Shown: piece by piece, positions 15,301-27,500 of the stretch | How positions within the stretch are numbered: position 1 is the stretch's first letter | Layout of the letters: each line of letters opens with the position of its first letter | Assembly: GCA_009602725.1 (NCBI GenBank) | Contig: WELB01000025.1 | Coordinates: 198,496 to 258,425 of the forward strand | Source: Spirogloea muscicola | Lineage: Eukaryota | DNA: 59,930 bases | Direction of reading: 5' to 3' | Made by a program: the position numbers and the translations under genes | The notes under the pieces: model-generated | Seen by the model: only the letters and a program-made list of their open reading frames with translations | Told to the model about the DNA's origin: nothing | The model's database searches: none

Positions 15301-18109
15301 AAGCGCAACGGAAGAAACTCTCCTCCCCATGGGAGGCCAAATTTCGAAGCCAAGACACTGTTCAGGTTTTAGTACAAACGTACAGTACAAAGGTGGCGGG
15401 GACCCAGACTTGCCCGCGCCGCCGCCAGCCGGCAATCCCGCCGCAGAGGCACGCGGCGTCCTGCGGCGGGACCTCCGGCTCGCCACTGCGGCGGCTTGCC
15501 CCGCCGGCGTGGCGGCCGGCCGCTGCCCGCGGCCAGGCGAAGCAAGTCCTGCGGTGCTGACGACTCAGTCCCCGGAGGATGGGACGAGACGTCCAGCGGA
15601 GCGAGACCCTGATCCAGCGACCTGCCCTCGAGTACATCGCTGACCTCGTCGCGCCGGCGGGGCCGGTGCTCCTTCAGCTCGGCGCGGCGCACCTGGCCTT
15701 CGCGGCAGGGCTCTCGTCTGCGCAGGTAGCCTCCATCAGACCCTCCACTTGCAGAGTCTCCACAGCACTGCAGTTACTGCTGCAGCAATCTGCACCTGCA
15801 CCAGACACTTGTGCTTGAGCGGCGCAATAGGTCGCTCGCAAGGCTTCAGCTGCACGCCTTCTACATGTGCATGCTGCCACTATTCCTTGCTTGGGAGGGC
15901 AATGTCACTAACCCTGCCTCTTATTCTGCCAGTACCTGGGACTGTACCTGAGTGTGTCCTGTGCCCGACCGCTGCTCGGCCCGGCTCTCGGGGGCCTTGC
16001 TGTCGGAGCTTCCTCTGCTGCTGCTGCACAGGTGTGCTGACTTGCCACAGAGCTACAGCAGCAGCAGCACTCCTGTGCAAGTAGTTGAGAAAAGATAAAA
16101 GCTGTGGTGCCTGGATCCTTGAGTACCAATCCTTAGAAGCGAAGCGCAAGTGGTGTCTTGCCATCTTGCCATTGTTGCAAGCAATAGCAAGATTTTCAGC
16201 TTCTCTTTCAGCCTTTCCTCGCCCTCTCACCATATCTTGTTCTTTGTAGGCAGCTACAACTGTCAGACAGTGGCAGACAAGGCAGCAAGTCAGAGGACTT
16301 TCCAAGGAGGACCTTCTCCTCCATGGCATTGTTGGGATGGTCGCATTTAAGGTCAGAGGCCGTCCCGGCTTGCTATTTGTATGCTAATAGCAATGTGCTA
16401 GTGCAGATTGTTCAGTCCGACGCAATTAGTGTTTTGAATTATATTGGTATAGTATTCAAATATCTCAACTATTTTAGTCTACACTATCAGCAGCCGCATT
16501 TCCTGCAGCTGCCTTGCAGAGAGAAGAAGTGGCCCTCCCAATGGGGGCAAGGGCTGTGAGAAGCACTACACTTAACTATGAGTTCCCTGTATGTTCCTAG
16601 GCTCTTGGAGGTTCATTTCGGCAGGTGATGCCGAGCAGCTTGTGGCACCCTGGCGCCAAAGCACGTGCATCACTAGCAGGTCTGATTTCTCTACTTGCTT
16701 TCAGCGAGCTAGCATCTGTTGGATACTGGAATACTAGTGCTTAATTTAAATGCTGCTATCTGCTGCCGCTTTGATTTCCTTCAAAAGACAGTGGCAAAGT
16801 TGCTTGTCCTTGCCAGTTCTATCTTGACAATTTCTGTTTGACATCTTGTTGACAGCTCCAAGGGGAAAGGAACTAGCAACCCAGGCGGAGCGGAGCACTG
16901 TCGTTGACTTGTATAGACAATTTGGTTGCCATCACTGTGGAAGAACTACTGGCCCCTGGTGACTATTGCATGTCACACTTTTCTGTTCTCTTGTGTTCTC
17001 TTGTGTCTTATTTCCAGCTTTGTGCCTCTCTTACACAATCTTAGGCCACTGTGAATGACCATTGTCAGGGTGCATTCTGCTTGAAGCACATAATATGCCC
17101 TGCTCCTCTGATTGACTCGTTCCCACCATTCTTGCATTGTTAAAAGCCCGTGACAATCTGAATGCTGCTGTTGAAAATGACTGGCAGTCATGCAGATCAC
17201 ATGCCACCAAACGTGGTCGTTTACGGCAGAGGCTTCCACAAAGCAGCAAATGCTACTCAGCTGCCAGTCGTGCAGTCACCTTGGTGGCAGTCTAATGCCC
17301 TGAAGCCAATGCTAAGGCACTCCTCCCACAAAGTTGCTAATGCAAGCCGCCAGACACTTGCAAGAGGCACAGGTAGGTGCCAAGGCAGCACAAAAGAGGC
17401 GTCAGCTAGCACAAACAAGGCGTCAGCTAGCATTAGATGTGAGCGGCCAGCTCAGTGAGGAGTACAGTTCGTCTTATTGCTGCTCTTATGGCTGACTGAA
17501 AGTAAATTGTCTTTCCATCGTTTGCAGACACTATTCTGCAGAGATTCTTCCCCCAGTGCACCTCCTGTTCTAGTCTTCAAGCTCAAGCACTCCGAAGTGG
17601 CAAGCAGGGTCTTGTCATTCACAGAAGCAGTGGCTGGCCACGGGTGAGTATCTCTTGCATTTTCCATTCCAGTCAGCCAGTCGTGGACATTGCTGTACTG
17701 CTCCTCCCCTTCAAAGGCAATGTGTCATTGAGTGCATGCTCTCATCTATCTCTGCTTTGGCAGCACTGACCAATCATTAGTCTGACCAGAGTACGTGCTT
17801 GTACAGCCTCCAGATCTAGCAGGAGCATTTGTAGCAGCCCTTGAGCCTGCATTGACAGACAACATGTGGGGCCGACATCCAAGGTCTGTGCAATGATCTC
17901 GCTGGAAATGATCGGTCTGGGGTAGCTGGGCAATCGGCTGTAGGTTGACTGGCAGAAGCTTGAGCTGCAGGGATTCTAGGCCTGATTACGTACCTCCAGC
18001 ATTCTTCCAGAGCTTGGCTGGATACCAATCTAATACATTGCTTCAACAACATCATAAGCCAAAAGGGGACTTATTGTCCAGTTTTCTCTATTTAAGGGAC
18101 CGATGAAGA

Positions 18110-18275
18110 AGGAAGATTCTTCTGAAAGAGGGCGATGGCTGTGGTTGGCCAGCCCAGAAAAAGAAGGAATATAGTTCGGAGGGGCCAGAGAAAGCATAAA
18201 GCACACAGGGAATCAAGTAGCTACGAAACACTCAGTAACCCCTGTTGAGCAGCCGCAGGTCCGAGGAACTAGTCT
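18110..18275 (-). mobile_element. Short CRE-like 3' fragment
   Basis: SSSDLRLLNRGY* plus UTR and terminal module similar to 55650-55780. Confidence 0.75.
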
Positions 18276-18284
18276 CAGACTCTC

Positions 18285-18452
18285 TCTCTTTGGATTTGAG
18301 GCTCCTCACCGGTTGTTATTGAGTGATTCATCCCACCCCAGTTCTGAGATAGCGCTTCTGGCCCCTTCGTACTTTGGCCCCTTCGAACCTTGTCAAATCT
18401 TTTCGGCCTGGCTTCTCACAGCCCTTGCCCCCATTGGGAGGGCCACTTCTTC
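18285..18452 (+). mobile_element. Short CRE-like 3' fragment
   Basis: DLRLLTGCY* plus UTR and module closely similar to 15100-15243. Confidence 0.75.
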
Positions 18453-18572
18453 TCTCTGCAAGGCAGCTGCAGGAAATGCGGCTGCTGATATGGAAAAAGT
18501 CGGCTGTACAAAGCCAGCCAGATGCATACAAGTGTTCATGACGGAGCCACAGGCTAGGCAGACAGGGCGCCC

Positions 18573-19020
18573 CTAGTACCCCCGTGTCAGCAGTAGGAAG
18601 ACAGATGAGCTGAGGAAAAAAAGAAATGCGGCTGCTGATATTAAGAGAGCGGCTGAGGGGAGGAAGAGCAACCCCGCTGCGCAAGCCAGAGGCTGCTGCA
18701 ATGGCGCGACCAGCCCGGCGATGCAAAGCAATCGCCTGGGACCGCTGTAGGCACAGAGATAAACGCATGCGGTAGCATGCGGTAGCAGGACACAAGACCC
18801 GAAGGCACCGAGCCTCCAGGAAGCGCTGCACCCCGCCGGGTGGTCCTTGTACTTGTGCACCTTCTTCTGTTCGGCCGCCTTCACGGCATAGCCGGTCTCA
18901 GAGGTTATGGGGCCCTTCTTCCGGAAGCTGTCGGTGGGGACGACGTCCACAAGGAGCCGCTTGCCACCTCCCAGAGGGACGCCAACCAGATCGACACGCC
19001 TCGTCCGAAGAACCCCACTG
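18573..19020 (-). mobile_element. Divergent CRE-like RLE fragment with internal deletion
   Basis: RTRRVDLVGVPLGGGKRLLVDVVPTDS...KKVHKYKDHP; YRMRLSLCLQRSQA; LLTRGY*. Confidence 0.8.
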
Positions 19021-19216
19021 CGGAGTTGGCAGGGCAGGGCAGGGCAGGGCATGGCAGGGTGCCCCTAGCGCTCCTAGCGCTCCTTCAGCGCCTCTTCGCA
19101 TTCTCTTCAGCGCCAGCAGCCACCCGCCGGGCGCCGCTCTTCCGCCTCTGCCGCAGCCTCTGGCCGCCCGCCTGGGGCCCAGCCACCACGGCAGAGCTGC
19201 GCCCTGACGACGCGCA

Positions 19217-19638
19217 ATGCCGCTCACGTTGTCCCGGGCCGACGCCGATGGCGGCGGCGGCGGTGAAGGATTCGACGACCGGCGTGCCGGTGGGCGAGCG
19301 GGCACGCTGTGGGTGCAGATGGCCATCAGCGGCGACGCCATGTCGGACATGTTCCCGGTGACCTTTGGCGGCGCCGGCGGCCTGAACGACTGCGGCGGCA
19401 GTGAGGCCACGCCATGTCAGTCGACCTGAAAAGGCACGTGATGTCGAGAATGGCAGAAGCGCTGCCGCTGCGCGCGCACCTGTACTGGCCCTGGGCGCGC
19501 CTGTCGCTGCCTATGGGGGCCGGCCCTGGCGACGAGCCGTGCGAGCTGCCCGGGCCCACAAAGCTGGCGGCGCTGCCGCGCGGCGCCGGCACCCTGGCCT
19601 GGCCCCTCTGCTTGCACATCGTGCAACCCGGTTCGTGA
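19217..19638 (+). pseudogene. Putative small gene or pseudogene in two overlapping frames
   Basis: GC3-biased frames 19217-19429 and 19414-19638 read as one protein (TLWVQMAISGDAMSDMFPVTF...VDLKRHVMSRM...PLCLHIVQP) if a frameshift near 19410 is allowed. Confidence 0.35.
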
Positions 19639-19982
19639 TGATGCACCAACCAGCAACCACGCTCGGAGAAGTAATGCATAAGCCTGCTCTGGCACCCAGC
19701 GGGTTTCGTTGGCAAATTCTGAATCGAAGCGCACGTTCAGCGCACCACTGCACGAGTAGATGCCCACGCCAGCCCTCGCGAGAAAGCTGGCTCCACTTGC
19801 AGTCTTGCTGGTGAGAGGCCGCGGAGCTCACCGCTGGCAAAGTGGTGCTTCGTGTCCAACACGCACTGCCGCCTCACTACTGCTGTGCAGTGAGGAGCTG
19901 GGAGCAAATTACTGAGGACAGGAGCTCTGGTAAGTCCAGATGCCCCATGCAGCATTGAGGCCCCGAGGCTCCAGCACGGAGG

Positions 19983-20952
19983 GGTTGTGTAAGACTGTGC
20001 TGTCCCTTGCCTCGCAGTCACGGTGCAACTTCTAATTGGGCTCCCACCTGCCACTGCAGCAGGGCTGGCTGCCTGCCAAGGCAGCCAGACACTCTCTGAG
20101 AGAGTCATTGACGGCCAAGAAGAGCCTGACGTCAGGAATGCTACGGTGGTATCAGGATCCGTACCTGCAACTCAGGGCCCCATGGTAATTGCTGCATTTG
20201 AGACGCGGCTGTCCACTGTGTCCTTAGATACCCCTCCTTAAATGGCCCTGGAGCAAATATGTCCTCGACCTCCACAGTCCTCGGTGGGCTCTGAGTCTCC
20301 ACCTTTAGAGCTGTGACATGTTCAAGGCTGGTAAATACCCTTACTTGCTCATTAAGTAGTGGCATGCATGTATTTGTTTTGTTGGTAGGTGGTTGGTCAG
20401 TGGCTCTGTCAATCAGGCATGCGTGAAACCTGCTCCCCCCCCAACGGCACCATTGGCAACGTGTATGCGTGGCTGCATAGTCCAGAGGAAGTCTTGTCCC
20501 TAGGTGCTATGTCGCACTGCAGTCATGGCAGCTCAAGTCTGCATCATATGCTGGGAGAGAAGAGGGAAGGGTTGGCCAAGCCATACCGAACCTTCCGATA
20601 CGCTCTTCCTAGAGAACACGCGAGGTTTGCCACTTTCCTGCAGTGAGCCGTGCAAGCTGCCGGGCACCTGCCTCTGGCAACCTAACATCTGCCGCGGTAC
20701 ACTGCTGAGTGTCAGTTGCACACCAGACCTTTAATAGAGGAATGTCCCCCTCTCCACTGCGGTCAACGGCCACACGTTCTACTGCTGCTCCATTGTACCT
20801 CGGTTCACGAATCACTGCAATTCACGAAAGAGCTGAGCAAAGCCAGGACATCACAAGGTCAGGGACAGTGGATGCACAACTTAGACCACCACCAGCTTGG
20901 GCTGTGGAAAAAGGTTGGAAATGATAGCTTGCTCGCGAACATGCATTGACCA
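19983..20952. repeat. Dispersed repeat B, copy 1
   Basis: Homologous in inverted orientation to 55870-56570 joined with 59415-59668. Confidence 0.85.
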
Positions 20953-21309
20953 GGGGATGCCCACTGTCATGAAGAAGCTCAAGAGAAGAAAGGGCTTCCT
21001 CTAAGGGCTGATGAATGTTGCTGCGGCGTCCTCACAGAAGTGGGGCCATACGGTGAATACTCAAACCCCACTCAGTCGCCAAGGCAGCCACCCATCAACA
21101 GGTGAGCGTGTGAACCCAACGTGGAGTACTTGGCAACTTAGACGCCACACTGGGTGGAGATTTGCTGTACAGACAAGGTCTACCCCGGCCAGTGGCTGCA
21201 GCATCCAGCGCTGGCTGTTGCTTTTGCTGAGGTCCAGAGCCACCGTGTCCGTTTCTCTCGGGCTGGCCTTTCCCAGCCCCTACCCTCTGTGGGCGAGCAA
21301 TTTCTTCTT

Positions 21310-21817
21310 GAGTGAGGGCCTCAGGGTGCCAGCGTTTCCAGGATTTGTAGCGTTTCAGTGCCTCTGCCAGGGTGGCCGTCTTCACTGTTGGCCGTCTAAC
21401 GCCGGGCTCCTATTGGTGGCGAGGCCAAGCGAGTGACAGCCTGAAGGGGCCCGTCATGATGGGCTTGGCCTCATGTCTCACGCTCCTAAGGAGTAGGGCA
21501 CATCCTCGCCACGTTTCTGACAGACGGGGTGTAGCTTAGCCCCCGATGCTGCGGGGCTATTGTGCCGCCTAAACACGTTGGCGAGTGCGGTCTACAGTCT
21601 TAGCAGTTGAATCTGTGTGACACCCGCTTGCTATGTGGCAAGGAGGCCGTGCACTTAGAGGCCGACGTTCCAGGTCTTGCGGGAGTCGTCCATGCGAGAT
21701 AATGGGCAATGCTGCCAGAGCCGTCCATCCAGGCGTCGACATCCTTGCCGGGGCAGCCGGCGAAGGGCATGGGCGTGCAATGGACGGTCCGTCGGGTCCG
21801 GGTCGTCAACCGTGGCT
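21310..21817 (-). pseudogene. Decayed Ty3/Gypsy-like gag (capsid) fragment
   Basis: Reading across frameshifts: PFAGCPGKDVDAWMD...IAHYLAW/DDSRKTWNVGL...ALANVFRRHNSPAASGAKLHPVCQKRGEDVPY...TATLAEALKR. This resembles the F.G..DV..W, Q..GE.V..Y and TL.EA motifs of retrotransposon gag. Confidence 0.55.
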
Positions 21818-21952
21818 GTCCTCTGTGCGTGAAGAGAAGGCGTGCAAGACGCATGACATAAAAGGGAGGCCAAGCAGAGCCAGTCCATGCGGAAGACAAA
21901 GGAAGTGCAAAGATTTGGGGTACACATAGCGACAACCTTGGCTTTTAAGTGG

Positions 21953-22430
21953 CTAAGGAAGCCGGACGAAAGCACGGCTGAAGGAGGGCTTAGTATCAGG
22001 AGTGAGCACATGCAAGTCGGACAGGCTAGATTGGGGAGCCGGAGCACCGTCACAAAATAAGTGGCTTGACTTAATGCGTGCCAAGCACGTTGATAAGGGC
22101 AGGGCCTGCGAGCGTTGCAGGCTCAGCAAGGGCCGCATCTTGTAGCACGCAAGTAACGCCTGTGATCCATTACAAATAGCAGCCTTGAGAAGGAGGGCGA
22201 GGGCTGTATGAAGCTGTGAAAGCTTCCTAAAAAACGGCCGACAGCTGTGACAGGCCACCCAAAAGTAACAGCCCTTCAGCTCTTCTACTGTAAGCTAACG
22301 GCGGTGAGCGGCCAGCCCAAAGGAGTGAACAAGGTCTGAAGGGCAGGAAGGCGCAAATGAAATGAAATTACTCACCACGACTTCAAATGGACGCTCAGTA
22401 ACCTCGAGTCAGCAAGTGCAGATGATAAGT
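21953..22430 (-). mobile_element. Two degenerate CRE-like fragments
   Basis: YKMRPLLSLQRSQA...SLSDLHVLT (22260-21990), and LHLLTRGY* with hairpin module (22430-22300). Confidence 0.6.
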
Positions 22431-24520
22431 CGAGGGCGGGAAAGGGTCCAAAAGAGAGGAAACGCGCAGTGCACATGGACTGCCAGGGAAGCCGAATCAA
22501 GCGGAAACACTGCTCAGGTAAAAGCTACTGCAAAAGTGGGGCTACATGATGATGCCCAATGCTGAGGGGGCTAAGCTACAGTGTGAATGCAGGCTGAAGG
22601 TGGACGTCAAAAACCCCCACGAGTGAGCCACTTCATGAATATGAGCCACTTTCTGTATAAACCTCACAAGCTGCCCGCAGAGTGTCAGAGTACCCCACTC
22701 TAGGACCACTGAAGGACCACTGATTAGGTCATAAGGTCAAGGATTCAGGGTTCATGGTTAGCCTAACTGCAGATGCTTGACTATCTGTAGCATTGTTGAC
22801 TACATTGTGTTCGAAAATCGTCCAAATCTAGTAGCTCCTCATATAGCTCCTGCTAGTATGTTCAACTGCCTGAACTTCTCGTCTTCTCCTTTCACTGTCC
22901 TCGACTGGCCGTTCTTTTCCACTCAGTGTCCTCGACTGGGCGTCTGCTCTTCTCCACAAAATAAGGAGATTGCCCGTCTCGGCAATATTGATGCAGATCC
23001 GCTCATGGCGGCAGATAGAGATCAGACTAGCACAGGCTCTGCCTGGCAGCAGACAGAGGTTAGACTAGCTCAGGTTCCGCCTGCTCTCGAGGTAATTGGC
23101 AGCCATAGCTTCGGCTCTCGAGCAGCGTGGTCGCCTCAGATTCAGAAAAAGCCCAGTGTGTCGGAGCACACCTTTTTCACAGGGAGCACTCTCGCGACTC
23201 ACTGGGCCCCCCCAACCTATACCAAGTTGTATTTAACAATGTTGACCTTCTGCCAGAACCTTGGTACCACTTAATTGAGAAGGTATGGTCCTGCAAATCA
23301 AGAGGTATTTGCGGATCCCAGCATAACAGCTCCAGCAGTGATTGGCAATCAGGATTATGCTTATTTCCATCCTCTGAGTAGCAATGCTTGCTGGCTGATG
23401 CTGACTCAGGAGGCCAATGCTATCATAACTTGAAGCGAGATAGCCTGCAGTCTGCTAGAAAAGGGAAATGCGTCTGAAGCTGACAGTCTACTGAAAGAGT
23501 CTTTCTTCTCTAACAAACTGCGCAGTTGCTTTGGTGTCCACTTGACAATGCTTCCTGATAACCTGACCAAGAAGTGGAGTGTTGCCATGGAAAAATAGCT
23601 TTTCCATTTCCCTCCAATCTCTTCACGTTTAATCACACAGCTAATGGCGTACTTCCCAGTCTAAGTGGAGTGTAACAAGACTTCCATGCAGTGTGTAAAG
23701 AATCTGACACTGCCTCCCATTGCCATGACTACCAATCTTCCCTAAGTAAAACAAATTGGCAATTACACAGTATCCAGTCTATTCAGTAGAGTCAGAGTTC
23801 GAATACTAGACCACAACAATATCATCATCGCGCGCGCACTTGACACAGACGTGCTCAGACAATTCCGTAGTTTACATGGTCTTCCTGCTAGCTCGGCGAG
23901 TAGCTCTCCATAAGTGTGACTTTGAGCTTCCCTGCTCTCTTGGAGCTGGGTAGTGGACTGTGCCCAAGGGTTTCTCATAAGGCATGTGACTGGGTCGCTG
24001 AACTTATTAAATCACATAGAGACTGAGTTACTAGGTCTATGTAAAAGCTAGCGCTTCAGGGACAGCCGCAAGCAGGAAGAAGCACTCGTCTCACACTGGA
24101 AAGCAAAGTGAATCGGCCGATTCTACAGACAATGCAGACCAGGTCAGGTATAAAAGTTATGTACCCTCATCAAGTGAAGCGGAAGCACAGTGACAGGAAG
24201 GAACTCTACAGTATAAGTTAACATGCCCATACAACCAGGAGCTTGCAATCTCGCCCGAGCCTCCACATCAGCTCTTGCTTGGAATAAGAGCTCTGCTAAG
24301 TTTGCTTCCAATCAAGGCGAGAGGCCTCAGAGATTTTGCGCCATGAAAGCTTCAAGGTGCTGCTTTCATTGCACAGATATGTGTTAGCACCCCAATCTTG
24401 TGTGCACTATGGTATAAGCTGAGTGCTGCTTAGGCCGCAGTCTCCTTGAATCAGCTTAACAGGCAAGTGTACAAAGCTTTAGCTTTTCAATGATGGCAAT
24501 ATCCAACAGGAAGCTTACCT

Positions 24521-27500
24521 CTACCGAGACTGCAGAACGAGAGTCTTGACAGCATATGCGTAGATCAACCAGAACCCGAAAACAAATCCAAGGAGCGCAG
24601 CCACAACAGCTCCAAGCAGGTTATGCTGGCATGCACAATTAATTCGATCAGTGTCTCGACTTGGACTAAGACAGTACCTGACAACCTGGGGAGGGGGGTT
24701 CCAGTAGGACTTCTGCTGAACAAGCTCAAGGGCTGATGAAGGATGGCAGCTCAACGTACATGCAGATCAAAGTATAGGCTTATCCTGCTAAGCTTGAGCT
24801 CAACTACATACACCCTATAACAAGCTTGACATGGCAAGCAATAACAGGCATTCCTGACCAGTGGACACACTATTTTGCAGGACGCATACCTCAAACCCAA
24901 AGTATGAAGATAAAAAGTGCTTCACGGTTGTATCATCACGTCCGGGAGCAGTCATCGTGGTCGTCACGTCTCCTAGCTGAGAACCAATAAGCCCATACAG
25001 CGTCCAGGCCACAGGATTGAGATAGTAGTACCTGTGGTACACAGCCAGCTTAGCATCAATTATGTTCCTGAGAAGCTTGTACAACTCAAGCGAAAATTGT
25101 GAAGGAAAAGCAATAGACTGACAAGAGCCAAATGCTTAAGCCAGATGGAAGAATTGGGCAAAGAGGAGGTGCAGATGCTTACCAAGTCCACCAGCGTGGC
25201 ATGTCTGGCCTGGGAATGAGGAAGCCCGAGAACAGATTCCACCAGGAGAAGAAGAACGCAGAGAGCACAGCTGCCAGCTGCTCGTTTGGAGTGATGGCGA
25301 TGGCCATCATACCGTAGTGCAGGAAGTACCAGAGGGTCAGGAAAGTGAACAGCAAATACCAGAAGAACTTCTCCGCTGTCCACTGAAACTGCACCATGGC
25401 GTACGTGACTAAGGCGTAGAGAATGCTCTGGATCACCACGTATGGAATCTCCATAGTTGCCTGCCAGACATACACACATGCGGACCTTAGTTTTCTGTGC
25501 AACTAGCAAGGGACCCGTGTGTCAGTTAGCAGTGTGCATCAACACGTCAAGGAGCTGCAATGCAGGATAGGCAACGGACACACCTGTGCAAGTGTGTAAG
25601 GCAGTGCTGAGTACATCCCAGCAGCTCGCTCGCGATAGTAGACGGGCCGCTCTATGAAGACAATGGGCTGCACACTAGCTGCATTGCTCCAGCCAAGGAA
25701 GAGGGATGCTGCATACAGAGCTCCCATCACATTGATAATATCCTGCTGCGTGCTCCTGCAAGGATTCCAACCAAACACGCTCCCAACCCCCTGAGGTCCT
25801 CTCCTTATAGCATGACATCAGCAGCAACCGAAACATCACAAGATCATGACAGTAAGCACATCAAGGTCTATGCAACGGCAATTTAGGTAACAGCAGATAC
25901 TTGTTAGCATTTCCCTACCTTTTCGATCCAAGGTTCCAGAAGATGGTGCCTATCAACAGCGCAACTGTGAGTGTGAAAAAGTACCGCACCACGTTGTATT
26001 CAGGTGTCCGCCAGTATGTTTGTCTCCACTTCCAGAGGCAGGCCTGTCAAACCCCCGGTAATCTTAGCATGGACAGCTCAAGACTCCTAAGTATGTATCT
26101 ACATGACTGAGCAGTTACACTTGAGCAACATGCACTTGTGAGCGCATGTACTATATCATGCATGGATCTAGGTTCCAGGATCCGACCTCATAGCGCAGAC
26201 TATCTCCATGACCCTACATGTTAAAGAAGGTGGCTTACTGTAAATTGTACTGGCCAAGACTGGGAGTATATGGAAGGGAAGGAAAGGTCTTGGTGGCCTT
26301 CAGGGGGAACACTTAAGTCCTCAATTATCTTCATCAGACGGCTGGTTGAGACCACATGAGAATGAGATTGATGAAAGTGTTACTGGCCTAGCTTGAGACG
26401 CATCCTTCAAACAGGTTCAGACATGCGGCTGCTGTCATCGTGCTTGTCAAATCTCATAATTATGTGATCTATGTCTCATCAGATATATCCATGAGATTCC
26501 CTGGTGATAGGAGAGCCATGCAAGATGGGCATACCTGTGCTGCTCAGAATTTCTGAAGATCTCTGCAAAATCAACACCAAGGTGTTGCTCGGCAGAGGTT
26601 GTTGACACCTCGAGCATCCAAGTGGCCGGGTTATAGCCATCTCGTATCTTGGGTACGCCAGGAATTGCCTGTCACACAGCAATTTGTTGGTAAAGGGAGA
26701 GGGGTCTCTCCTGACATCTAATCACATCGAGCACGTGCTGCTGAGTACATATAAGCTACAAGACTGCATCTGCTAGTCACCTCAAAGTAAGCCACAAGCT
26801 GTGCAGAGTGTCGACCCAACGGACCCATGTAGATGACCTGACCTCCACGCTTCATCAGTAAAAGCTGGAAAAGCACAGAGACATTGCCCTTATCCTCAGC
26901 TTACAGCAGAAGTAGCACCACATCTCTTGCTTACTGCGTGCACACACTTGTCAGAAGCCAGCAGCAGTAAAGATTAGACATGGACATCACAGGAGTAGAT
27001 TCCTTACCTCGTCGAAGGCCTCAAAGATATCAATTGACGGCTGATGAATTGTGCAGACCACTGTGCGGCCAGTGTTGACAGTGTTCCTCACAGTGCGCAT
27101 CACAATAGCAGCGGCACGAGCATCCAGCCCTATATACAATTTGCAATATGCGTACATGTCAGATTCCAACATATGCAAAACAATTGCTGCAAGAAAAACG
27201 ACATTCTATCAAGAATGACTCCTCAATCTGCTCTTTGGAAGCAGTCTGCAAAGGCATGATCCAAGATTGAAGCCAAGAGATCTACTGTGTATCTACCAGA
27301 TGTAGGCTCGTCCATGAAAATAATGGATGGATTGGCGACCAGCTCCACAGCAATAGTGAGCCGCTTGCGCTGCTCGGTTGAGAGACCCGATTGGCCAGGC
27401 CGTCCAACTAGTGCATCCTTAAGAGGCGACAATTCAACCAAGTCCATGACCTCGTCTACAAAGGCCTGTCAAAGTAGGAGAAATTGGAAAATGCATCAGA

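Noticed and set aside
15330..18060. Possible gene fragments (e.g. PALEYIADLVAPAG, exon-like ORFs)
   Set aside because: No consistent spliced frame or recognisable domain could be built.
21400..21600. Several stems (e.g. GAGGCCAAGC/GCTTGGCCTC) suggesting a ribozyme or ncRNA
   Set aside because: No hammerhead or HDV core was found, and the stretch is better explained as decayed gag on the minus strand.
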